From: Chloroflexota bacterium | GTDB taxonomy: Bacteria; Chloroflexota; Chloroflexia; QHBQ01 | Length of the DNA stretch: 45,099 nucleotides | Assembly: GCA_043754535.1 (NCBI GenBank) | Contig: JAYUUN010000128.1 | Location: 1-45,099, forward strand | Direction: 5' to 3' | In this document: positions 34,781 to 43,234 of the stretch, in pieces | How the letters are laid out: each line of letters starts with the position of its first letter | Position numbering within the stretch: the stretch's first letter is position 1 | The notes under the pieces: generated by a model | What the model was told of the DNA's origin: nothing | The model's database searches: none | What the model saw: the letters and a program-made list of their open reading frames with translations, nothing else | Translations under genes and position numbers: made by a program

Positions 34781-36622
34781 GTGGAACAACCAGGCTCAAA
34801 CTACACGGCAGCTAGTAGTTCCCCCGCTAGTGGTGGCTACACGCCCGCCCAAATGCGCCTGCTACGTAGCCTTACCCGCTTCAGCACCTACCGCAACAGC
34901 GGTGACCTCTTGCAGCAGGTGGCGAACGAGTTGCAGGAGATTTTTGCGGCGCACAGTGCGATGGCTTTGGTGCGCCGTGCCACCGCCAACCACGACGAAC
35001 TGAACGGTAGTCCCCCACGGATCACCTTCCGCGAGGCTGGCACGATCAGCGAACCGTTCCGCTACCGCGTCGGTGCCTACTTCCGCACTAGCCAGCGACC
35101 GAGTAACGGCAGCCAGCCAGCCTACTATTGGCAGGCAGAGCCACTGGCGGGCAAGGGTCAGCCACCCGGTACCCTCTACAGCACCACGATTTACGTCGCC
35201 AACGAAGCGACTGGGGTTGCCAGCTTCCTGCTCGAAAGTGGCCGCACCCTCGACCCCCTCGACCTACAACTGCTCGAACTGTATAGTGAAGGCTTGAGTA
35301 CGGCGGTCAGTGCGCTGCAACTGTTCAGTTATACCGAACGCCGCCTGGAGGAGTTGAAGCTACTCTATGAGGTGGCCGCGATCATGGCGGGGGCTAGCCT
35401 GGACTTGACCATGCTACTACGCCAGACGATCATCCTCGCCAGTCGGGTGCTGCGTGCTAGTGCCGCTACCCTGATGCTGCTGGATGCCAAGACTAATGAA
35501 CTCGTCTTTGAGATACCAACTGGTGAGCGGGGCGACGCTCTAACCCAGTATCGCCAGAAGGTGGGCGAGGGCATTAGCGGCTGGGTGGCAGCCACCGGCG
35601 AACCACTGCTGATCAACCGCGTAGCCGAAGACCCACGTTGGAGTGCCAGTGCTGATCATGCCAGTGGCTTCGTCACCAAGTCGGCCCTCTGCACCCCGCT
35701 GACGGTGATGGGCCGTACCATCGGGGTGCTGGAAGTGTTGAACAAGTTGGACGAGGATGGCCGCGAGGGGTTGTTCACCGCTGAAGACCTGGCCCTGCTC
35801 AATACCATTGGCACCCAGGCCGCCGTCGCCATTGAGAATGCCCAACTCTACCAGAGCCTGGTTGAGGAGCGTGACCGCATCATCCAGACCGAGGAGGAAG
35901 TGCGCCGCCAACTTAACCGCGACTTGCACGACGGCCCAGCGCAGGGTCTGGCAGGCATCATCATGCGCCTGGACTATATCAAGAAGTTGATGGTCAACGA
36001 CCCCCGCTCGGTGATGTTGGAGATCGATTCGCTGCAAGAGCTGGCCCGCCGCACTAACAAGGACATTCGCAATATGCTCTCGCAATTGCGCCCGATCATC
36101 CTGGAAACGCAAGGGTTGATCCCCGCCTTGCAGAGTTACTTCGCTAGCCTGAGTGAGAGCGGGATCAGCTACCACTTTCTGGCCGACCAGAACGCGGCCA
36201 CTGCCGACCTGGGCAGTACCGCAGAGGGCGCAATCTACATCATTATCCAGGAAGGCATCAACAACATCAAGAAGCACACCGAAGCACGCAATGTCTGGCT
36301 CACGGTCAAGCAAGCTCCAATCCCCGTTGGCCCACGCAGCAGCAAGACCAACAGCGTCACTTCACCGCTCTACGGCACCAACGTCCTTGTCACCCCCGGC
36401 CTGGTCTTCACCCTGCGCGATGACGGGGCGGGCTTCAACGTCGAAGAAGTACTAAACAGCTACTCTGAGCGTGGCAGCTATGGGTTGCTCAATATGCGGG
36501 AGCGCGCCCAGCTACTAGGCGGCAATGTCCGCTTTGACAGTCGGCCAGGTAGCGGCACGACGGTCACGATCCAGGTTCCCCTATCCACTACCACCCGCGA
36601 CGATGTTCGCCCGCCGCGCTAA
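34781..36622 (+). CDS. Cytoplasmic GAF sensor histidine kinase (HisKA_3, DegS/NarQ class)
   Basis: GAF, H-box RDLHDGPAQ, LRP, N-box QEGINNIKKH, DDGAGF, GLLNMRERA, SRPGSGT; 3 bp after the previous gene. Confidence 0.92.
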   Translation: MEQPGSNYTAASSSPASGGYTPAQMRLLRSLTRFSTYRNSGDLLQQVANELQEIFAAHSAMALVRRATANHDELNGSPPRITFREAGTISEPFRYRVGAYFRTSQRPSNGSQPAYYWQAEPLAGKGQPPGTLYSTTIYVANEATGVASFLLESGRTLDPLDLQLLELYSEGLSTAVSALQLFSYTERRLEELKLLYEVAAIMAGASLDLTMLLRQTIILASRVLRASAATLMLLDAKTNELVFEIPTGERGDALTQYRQKVGEGISGWVAATGEPLLINRVAEDPRWSASADHASGFVTKSALCTPLTVMGRTIGVLEVLNKLDEDGREGLFTAEDLALLNTIGTQAAVAIENAQLYQSLVEERDRIIQTEEEVRRQLNRDLHDGPAQGLAGIIMRLDYIKKLMVNDPRSVMLEIDSLQELARRTNKDIRNMLSQLRPIILETQGLIPALQSYFASLSESGISYHFLADQNAATADLGSTAEGAIYIIIQEGINNIKKHTEARNVWLTVKQAPIPVGPRSSKTNSVTSPLYGTNVLVTPGLVFTLRDDGAGFNVEEVLNSYSERGSYGLLNMRERAQLLGGNVRFDSRPGSGTTVTIQVPLSTTTRDDVRPPR

Positions 36623-36647
36623 TGCCGCGCTCGTTGAAGGTAGAACT

Positions 36648-37853
36648 ATGAACAGAAGCGATCCTCTCCGCTACGGTAGCGATGATTACAGTACTTTCGG
36701 TAGCACAAATGTACTAGCTAGCTTCCTGGAAATCAACAAGGCGGTCTGTTCGCTCGGCCCCCTCGACCAGGTGCTGGACGACATCGTGCAGGCCGCCGCT
36801 GAGGTAATACGCGCCCGCGCCAGTTCGATTATCCTGCTCTATGAGGAGCGCAACCAGCTTGTCTTTGAAGCCGCCTACGGCGAGAAGGCTGAGGAGTTGA
36901 CCAAGCTGACCTTTGAGCGCGACGAACACAGCGTGGCAGGTTGGGTGACGACGCATGGCCGCTCGATGATCATCAATGACGTGCGCCAGTCCCCCTACTT
37001 CAACGGGGTGGTTGACGAGCAGACCAACTTCACTACGGAGAAGATGCTTTGCGTGCCAATGATCTTCAAGGGCAGGGTGAGCGGTTGCCTGGAGGTGCTG
37101 AACAAGCACTCTGGCAACGATTTCACCCAGCAGGACGCAGACATCTTGATCGCCTTCGGCGGACAGGCAGCAGTGGCGATTGACAACGCTCGCCAGTACG
37201 AGCAGCTTGACCGCCAACGCATTGAGATGGACATGACCTATAGCAACACCCTGCTGATGATTGGTGACGTGATCGATATGCGCGACTCTAACACTGCTGG
37301 TCACTGCCGTCGTGTGGTGGCCTATACCAGCAGCCTCGCCCAAAAGATGGGCATCAGCGACTCCGAACACCTCTCCAAGATCGAGCATGGCGCACTGCTG
37401 CATGACATTGGCAAGCTAGCGGTCAGCGATGCGATCCTCCGCAAGCCCGGCCCGCTCAACGAGGAGGAGTGGGCAGAGATGAGGAAGCATCCCGGTGATG
37501 GGGCGCGCTGGTTGCGGCGCATCCCCCTGCTCTGGCAGGCGATCCCCATCGTCGAACGCCACCATGAGTGGTGGAACGGCGCAGGCTACCCCGACGGTCT
37601 TAGCGGCGGGGGGATACCGATTGAGGCACGCATATTCTCGATCTGCGATGCTTTTGACGCGATTACCGCCAAGCGCGCCTACAAGGAAGCCCTCAGCTAC
37701 GAGGAGGCTGCTAACCACCTGAAGGTGCAGAGCGGGCGCATCTACGATCCAGAGGTGGTAGAGTGCTTCCTGCAACTGGGCGAGGCACACTGGCTCGACA
37801 TTCAGCGCGATGCTTATAGCCTTAGCATCATCAATGCCGTGCGCCTACGCTAG
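36648..37853 (+). CDS. GAF + HD-GYP cyclic-dinucleotide phosphodiesterase
   Basis: GAF, TAGHCRRV, LHDIGK, HHEWWNGAGYP, DAFDAIT..RAYK; ATG 36648 chosen to avoid overlap with the kinase. Confidence 0.92.
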   Translation: MNRSDPLRYGSDDYSTFGSTNVLASFLEINKAVCSLGPLDQVLDDIVQAAAEVIRARASSIILLYEERNQLVFEAAYGEKAEELTKLTFERDEHSVAGWVTTHGRSMIINDVRQSPYFNGVVDEQTNFTTEKMLCVPMIFKGRVSGCLEVLNKHSGNDFTQQDADILIAFGGQAAVAIDNARQYEQLDRQRIEMDMTYSNTLLMIGDVIDMRDSNTAGHCRRVVAYTSSLAQKMGISDSEHLSKIEHGALLHDIGKLAVSDAILRKPGPLNEEEWAEMRKHPGDGARWLRRIPLLWQAIPIVERHHEWWNGAGYPDGLSGGGIPIEARIFSICDAFDAITAKRAYKEALSYEEAANHLKVQSGRIYDPEVVECFLQLGEAHWLDIQRDAYSLSIINAVRLR

Positions 37854-37869
37854 AAGTGGGTGCTAACTA

Positions 37870-37898
37870 TGGACAAATGAGCGATGGGCGGGTATAAT
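37870..37898 (+). promoter_or_regulatory. Sigma70 promoter for the cNMP-binding/thioesterase pair
   Basis: TGGACA, 17 bp, TATAAT. Confidence 0.7.
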
Positions 37899-37989
37899 GA
37901 GCCTGGTTAGCGACGCTGCTGGTACGCAACTTGCACACTGTTTGTCGGAAGAAGATGAAAGTACGTCAAACACTATAAGGTAGGTTCTG

Positions 37990-38418
37990 ATGAGCATCGA
38001 AGAGTTCCTCGCCAAAGTGCCAATCTTCAGCGCGCTAAGCCGCGGCCAGCTGAGCAACCTTGCCAAGCTGGTCAACCAACGCACCTTCCCGCGTGGCACA
38101 GTGATCATCCGTGAAGGCGACACAGACGCAACTCTCTATATTGTGGTCAGTGGCTCGGTGCGCGTAACCAAGAAGCGGAGCGGCAATGCTGGCGAAGTGA
38201 ACCTGGCGACTCTTACTAGTGGCGACTTCTTTGGCGAGATGGGCCTGCTGGATGGTGCGCCTCGCTCGGCTACCGTCGCGGCGGTGGAGCCAACCGACTG
38301 CCTGCTACTCACCCGCTGGGTCTTCTACAGCACCCTACGCTCTGACCCAGAGATTGCAGTTGCCATGCTGCCTACCCTCAGCCAGCGCATCCGCAGCCTC
38401 GAAGAGTCGATTAGCTGA
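37990..38418 (+). CDS. Stand-alone cyclic-nucleotide-binding domain protein (no HTH)
   Basis: IIREGD, LYIVVSG, phosphate-binding cassette FFGEMGLLDGAPRSATV; ends after the C-helix at 142 aa. Confidence 0.92.
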   Translation: MSIEEFLAKVPIFSALSRGQLSNLAKLVNQRTFPRGTVIIREGDTDATLYIVVSGSVRVTKKRSGNAGEVNLATLTSGDFFGEMGLLDGAPRSATVAAVEPTDCLLLTRWVFYSTLRSDPEIAVAMLPTLSQRIRSLEESIS

Positions 38419-38816
38419 TGTTCAGCGTCGAACTCGATTTCCGTGCTGCCAGTTATGATATAGACTTCGCTGGCGTAGTCAGTAACCAGGTCTACCTGCG
38501 CTGGTTGGAGGATTTGCGCCTCCTCTTTCTCGAACGCACCACCCCGATTGAGCAATTGTTTGTCCAGGGCTTGGCTCCCACCCTCGTCCGCACTGAGATA
38601 GACTACCGCGCCCCCTTGCGCCTGGCCGAGCGCGTCCACGGCCTGATGTGGCTGGCTAAGGTCGGCAGTACCAGCTTCACCCTCGAAGCGCGGCTGACCA
38701 GGCCAGACGGTAGCCTGGTAGTCGAAGCTCGTAACGTCTGCGTGGTGCTAGACATCAAGGCAGGCCGCCCCGTCCCAGTTCCTGAGCAGATGCGAGCAGC
38801 CTACGCGCTGGGCTGA
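38418..38816 (+). CDS. Hotdog-fold acyl-CoA thioesterase (4HBT/YbgC/FadM-like)
   Basis: YDIDFAGVVSNQVYLRWLE, IDYRAPL, GRPVPVP; TGATG overlap with the upstream gene. Confidence 0.9.
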   Translation: MFSVELDFRAASYDIDFAGVVSNQVYLRWLEDLRLLFLERTTPIEQLFVQGLAPTLVRTEIDYRAPLRLAERVHGLMWLAKVGSTSFTLEARLTRPDGSLVVEARNVCVVLDIKAGRPVPVPEQMRAAYALG

Positions 38817-39041
38817 GGGCGGTGTTGCTTCTGTTTGGCAGCCTGAGGAGCATAGAAGCCTCTACGTATTAGATGTTGATTAGACACAAGGCCGATCCCT
38901 TGTTCGCTGGCCTTGTGCCTGCTATAATTGTACTTGTAGACCCCAGCGCACAAGCAAGCCGCTGACCGCAAGTAGCATCATGCAAAGCAGATCGCCTGCA
39001 CTGCCCAGGCTAGCAACGAACCAGGAAAGGACTACCGCGCC

Positions 39042-39716
39042 ATGCTTTACCTACTCTTCATGCTCCCAGCGATTGCAATCGCGCTCTGGGCGCAGAGCAA
39101 CATTCAGAACACCTACAAGAAGTTTTCGCAACTCCGCAGCACGCGGGGGATGAGCGGTGCAGAACTGGCCCGCTACCTGCTCGACCGCAACGGCTTGGTG
39201 GGAATGCCCGTCACTGCCGACACCGACAATGCGCTGGAGAACTACTATGACCCGCGCAACAAGAGTATGCACCTAAGCCCGCAGGTGGCCCAGGATAACT
39301 CGGTAGCCGCCCTCGGTATCGTAGCCCACGAAGTCGGCCACGCCCTCCAGGACGCGCAGCAGTATGCGCCAATGAAGCTGCGCTCGGCCCTGGTACCAGC
39401 CGCCCAACTGGGCAGCAACCTTGCCTTCGTCCTGATCCTGGCTGGTATCTTCATGAATGTACTAGGCCTGCTGTGGCTAGGCATTGCCGCCTTCGCGGTT
39501 GGCACAGCCTTTGCGGTCGCTACCCTACCGGTTGAGTTGGATGCTAGCCGCCGTGCCAACGTGATGTTGGCCGACAACGGTATCCTGGTTACTGAGGAGG
39601 AGCAGATAGGGGCGCGCAAGGTGTTGGGAGCAGCAGCCTGGACGTACATCGCAGCGATCATCGCCTCGGTTGCCACCCTTCTCTACTACCTGAGCATCGC
39701 CTCACGGGGCCGCTAA
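39042..39716 (+). CDS. Membrane zinc metallopeptidase, YugP family
   Basis: YYDP, AHEVGHALQ (HExxH), TLPVELDASRRA, AAAWTY; extended -10 TGCTATAAT at 38920-38928. Confidence 0.9.
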   Translation: MLYLLFMLPAIAIALWAQSNIQNTYKKFSQLRSTRGMSGAELARYLLDRNGLVGMPVTADTDNALENYYDPRNKSMHLSPQVAQDNSVAALGIVAHEVGHALQDAQQYAPMKLRSALVPAAQLGSNLAFVLILAGIFMNVLGLLWLGIAAFAVGTAFAVATLPVELDASRRANVMLADNGILVTEEEQIGARKVLGAAAWTYIAAIIASVATLLYYLSIASRGR

Positions 39717-39739
39717 CCAGCAGCTAGCAGTAACAAGTA

Positions 39740-39768
39740 GGGGCGTGCATAACGGGTACGCCCCCTTT
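39740..39768 (+). terminator. Probable terminator after the YugP-like gene
   Basis: GGGGCGTGC / GTACGCCCC stem followed by CTTT. Confidence 0.55.
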
Positions 39769-39878
39769 GCTTGCCCGATTTCACGGTTGACGAAAGCCTT
39801 TGTCAGCAAAGTAGCCCAGTAGATGGCAACCCTACACGCTGGTTTGCCTTAGCCGCACGAGATTGTTATAATTGTCAC

Positions 39879-40139
39879 ATGGAAAGAGGTTTTACAATCA
39901 CCGACATTGCCCTGCTACTACTCGGCTTTAGCGAAGCAGCGTTTGGATTGCGGGTGGTGGCAGAGAGCTTCGGTGGGGGTGGACCGCTGCTCACCCTGAC
40001 GGGAACGCTGCTGCTCGGTTGTGGGGCGGTGATCATCCTGGCTGGCCTCAACCGCGTTGGTCGGGGCCTGCCGCTCTTTGGTGCGATTGGCCTTGGCATG
40101 GCAGTCATGCTGGCCTTGCTGCTGCGCATAGCCCGCTAG
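39879..40139 (+). CDS. Small 3-TM membrane protein (86 aa), probably leaderless
   Basis: Three hydrophobic segments; TGTTATAAT (TATAAT 39867-39872) ends 6 nt before the ATG, no SD. Confidence 0.7.
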   Translation: MERGFTITDIALLLLGFSEAAFGLRVVAESFGGGGPLLTLTGTLLLGCGAVIILAGLNRVGRGLPLFGAIGLGMAVMLALLLRIAR

Positions 40140-40200
40140 AGAGCAGATAGCAGCTTCTATTGGCGACCTGGCAACGTATATAGAAAAGGATATGTAAGCT

Positions 40201-41697
40201 ATGGCACAGAAAGTTGTGGTCGTTGGCGCGGGCTTCGCTGGACTGGCGACCGCGATCCGCTTGCAGGTAGCAGGCTACGAGGTGACGGTGGTGGAGAAGC
40301 GCACGAAGGTGGGTGGGCGCGCCTACCGCCTGGAAGACAGCGGCTATACCTTCGACATGGGGCCGAGCCTCGTTACCCTACCCTCGTTGTTCCGCGAACT
40401 GTTCGCCCTTGCTGGGCGTAATTTCGACGACTATGTGAAGCTGATCCCCCTCGATCCTTACTACCGTATCTACTTCCCCGACGACGGCTACACTCAGTAT
40501 ATTGACTACTCTGGCAACACCGAGCGGATGAAGCGGGAACTGGCAAAGTTCGACCCCCGCGATGCGGAACGCTACGAGCCGTTCCTCAAGTCCATTGACC
40601 CGATCTTCAAGACGGGCTACCTCAAGTTTGGCAGCCAGCCCTTCATGCGGCTGTGGGATCAGATGAAGCTGGTGCCGCAGATGCTCAAGATGAACGCGAT
40701 CCTGCCCGTCTACCAGTTCATGAAGGGCAAGTTCCACCACGAGTACAACCGACGGGCGATGGGCTTCCAGTCGCTGTTCCTGGGTGGCAATCCCGCTAGC
40801 GTACCAGCGATCTACGCAATGCTACCGGCTATCGAGCGGCATGAGGGGGTCTGGTATGCCCAGGATGGGGGAATGTACGGGGTAATCCTCGCCTTTGCCA
40901 AGCTCTACGCCGAACTAGGCGGCAAGCTGATCACCAACTGTGCGGTCAAGGAGATAATGATCGAGAACCGCCGCGCCACGGGCGTGCGCCTGGCCGACGA
41001 TAGCATCCTGCCCGCCGATATTGTGGTTAGCAATGCAGACACCTCGTGGACTTACAAGTACTTGATCAAGACCGAACACCGCCGCTTCTGGACTGACCGC
41101 AAGGTGGAAAGCATGAAGCGGGGGATGTCGCTGTTCCTCCTCTACATCGGCACCGACCGCCAGTACCCCAAGCTGTTCCACCACACCCTGATCCTCAGCG
41201 AGCAATATCGCGAGACCTTGCAGGCTATCTTCAAGGGCAAGAAGCTGTCGGAACAATACTCGATCTATGCCCACGCCCCTACCCGCAGCGACCCTAGCAT
41301 GGCTCCTGAAGGGGGCGACAGCATCTATATGCTGATCCCAGTGCCGACCCTGGATGCGGGCATCGCCTGGGAGACCTATGGCGCGGTGATGGAGGAGAGC
41401 GTAATCCATTTCCTTGAACACGACTTTGGCCTCGAAGACCTGAGCAAGCACATCAAGGTGTTGCATCGCATGACCCCGCTCGACTTCCAAGATGACCTAT
41501 TGGCTTACCAGGGTAGCACCTTCAGCTTTGAGCCGACCCTCTTGCAGTCGGCCTACTTCCGCGCCCACAATCGCTCGGAGGACTTCGCCAACCTCTACAT
41601 CGTGGGAGGCGGCACCCACCCCGGCGCGGGCGTGCCAGGCGTACTGCTGACCGCCAAGATCGCTGCTGACCTGATCACTGGGGAGATCAAGGGGTAG
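40201..41697 (+). CDS. crtI: Phytoene desaturase / CrtI-family carotenoid desaturase
   Basis: VVVGAGFAGL FAD motif, GGRA, FDMGPS, VVSNAD, SAYFRAHN, GTHPGAGVPGVL. Confidence 0.9.
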   Translation: MAQKVVVVGAGFAGLATAIRLQVAGYEVTVVEKRTKVGGRAYRLEDSGYTFDMGPSLVTLPSLFRELFALAGRNFDDYVKLIPLDPYYRIYFPDDGYTQYIDYSGNTERMKRELAKFDPRDAERYEPFLKSIDPIFKTGYLKFGSQPFMRLWDQMKLVPQMLKMNAILPVYQFMKGKFHHEYNRRAMGFQSLFLGGNPASVPAIYAMLPAIERHEGVWYAQDGGMYGVILAFAKLYAELGGKLITNCAVKEIMIENRRATGVRLADDSILPADIVVSNADTSWTYKYLIKTEHRRFWTDRKVESMKRGMSLFLLYIGTDRQYPKLFHHTLILSEQYRETLQAIFKGKKLSEQYSIYAHAPTRSDPSMAPEGGDSIYMLIPVPTLDAGIAWETYGAVMEESVIHFLEHDFGLEDLSKHIKVLHRMTPLDFQDDLLAYQGSTFSFEPTLLQSAYFRAHNRSEDFANLYIVGGGTHPGAGVPGVLLTAKIAADLITGEIKG

Positions 41698-41734
41698 GGT
41701 TGTTGGCGACAGGTAAGCGTGCTATAATGCTGCC

Positions 41735-43066
41735 ATGACCAACCAGCCCCAAACCATTCACCCCAGCCCGCGCCTACAAGGTAGCCTTACCGTGCCTGGC
41801 GACAAGTCGCTCTCGCACCGCGCTGTGATCTTCAACAGCGTGGCCGAGGGTACGGCGGTGGTCAGCCACTTCCTGGCGGGGGCCGACTGCCTGGCGACAC
41901 TGGCGATCATGCGCCAGCTTGGCGTGCAGATTGAGCAGCAAGAGGCCGCCGATGGTAGCCTCACCCTAGCAGTACATGGCGTGGGCCGGGCGGGTCTACA
42001 CGAAGCCGAGGGCGTGCTGGACGCGCAGAACTCTGGCACGACCACGCGGCTGCTCTGTGGCCTGCTGGCTGGTCAGCCCTTCTATAGCGTGCTGATTGGC
42101 GATCCCTCCCTCAGTCGCCGCCCAATGGCGCGGGTGGTCGAGCCATTGCGAGTGATGGGCGCACAAATCAGCGGGCGGCAGAGCGGCAGGCTGCTACCCC
42201 TCTCCATCGTTGGTCACCGCCCGCTGCAAGCCGCGAGCTATCGGCTGCCCGTCGCCAGTGCGCAGGTCAAGTCGGCGATCCTCCTTGCAGGCCTCTACGC
42301 CGAGGGCGAGAACGTGTTGAGCGGCAAAGTGGGCAGCCGCGACCATAGCGAGCGGCTACTGCGCGCTATGGGCGTGTCGCTGACCAGCACTGCCAGCCTC
42401 GCCAGCGAAGATGGCGAAATCCGCATGGTCGGCGGCGCAAGCCTGCGGGCGATAGATGTGGCGGTGCCAGGGGACTTTAGCACGGCGGCCTTCTGGCTGG
42501 TGGCCGGAGCGATCCACCCCAATGCAGAGATCAGCTTGCGGGGAGTCAACCTCAACCCGACGCGCACAGGCCTGCTTGATGTGCTGCGCGCGATGGGTGC
42601 AGAGATCGTGGTCGGCAACGAACAGGAGCAAGCAGGCGAGCCAGTCGGTGACCTGCTGGTGCGGAGTAGCAGGCTGCATGGGGTGACAGTAGAGGGCGCG
42701 ATCATCCCGCGGCTGATCGATGAAGTGCCAATCCTTGCCCTGGCCGCCGCCTGCGCCGAGGGGCCAACCACGATCCGCGACGCGGGCGAGATGCGAGTCA
42801 AGGAGAGCGACCGCATCGCTGCCGTCAGCCGTGGGCTGGGTAAGCTAGGCGTGCAAGTCAGCGAGTTGCCAGATGGCATGATCATCAGCGGAGGGGCGAA
42901 GCTACGCGGGGCTGACCTACAAACCTACGGCGATCACCGCCTTGCCATGACCTTCGCTATCGCTGCTGGCCTCGCCGTGGGGGACAGCACCCTCGATGAC
43001 CCTGCCTGCGTTGCCGTCTCCTACCCCAGCTTCTGGCAAGACTACGCCGCTCTCGCAGGCCGCTAG
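41735..43066 (+). CDS. aroA: 3-phosphoshikimate 1-carboxyvinyltransferase (class II EPSPS)
   Basis: PGDKSLSHRA, NSGTT.R, RPM.RV, SAQVKSA, RDHSE, NPTR, RVKESDR, DHRLAM, SYPSF. Confidence 0.97.
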   Translation: MTNQPQTIHPSPRLQGSLTVPGDKSLSHRAVIFNSVAEGTAVVSHFLAGADCLATLAIMRQLGVQIEQQEAADGSLTLAVHGVGRAGLHEAEGVLDAQNSGTTTRLLCGLLAGQPFYSVLIGDPSLSRRPMARVVEPLRVMGAQISGRQSGRLLPLSIVGHRPLQAASYRLPVASAQVKSAILLAGLYAEGENVLSGKVGSRDHSERLLRAMGVSLTSTASLASEDGEIRMVGGASLRAIDVAVPGDFSTAAFWLVAGAIHPNAEISLRGVNLNPTRTGLLDVLRAMGAEIVVGNEQEQAGEPVGDLLVRSSRLHGVTVEGAIIPRLIDEVPILALAAACAEGPTTIRDAGEMRVKESDRIAAVSRGLGKLGVQVSELPDGMIISGGAKLRGADLQTYGDHRLAMTFAIAAGLAVGDSTLDDPACVAVSYPSFWQDYAALAGR

Positions 43067-43118
43067 CCGCTCCTGACCACCCCACTCACCACGTGGAGGC
43101 AGAAAGGCACCTCGAAAA

Positions 43119-43177
43119 TGGTAAGGTAAAGGTAAGGGTGAGCGGTAGGTCATTTGGTAAGGTTGGTTTGTTATAAT
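43119..43177 (+). promoter_or_regulatory. GGTAAGG repeat cluster upstream of an extended -10 promoter
   Basis: TGGTAAGG 43119-43126, AGGTAAGG 43130-43137 (11-bp period), third TGGTAAGG 43155-43162; TGTTATAAT 43169-43177; no good -35. Confidence 0.55.
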
Positions 43178-43234
43178 TTGCTCAAGCAGTGAAGCAACCA
43201 ATTTGGCAAATGTAGAATTAGAAGGTGAAAGGGA

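Noticed and set aside
39780..39860. c-di-GMP-I riboswitch (GGCAAACC on minus strand) and the 11-mer AGCCTTTGTCA shared with the opsin promoter
   Set aside because: No GNRA-GGACGCAAAGC core and wrong orientation; the 11-mer is a single copy without 11-bp phasing and too short to exclude chance.
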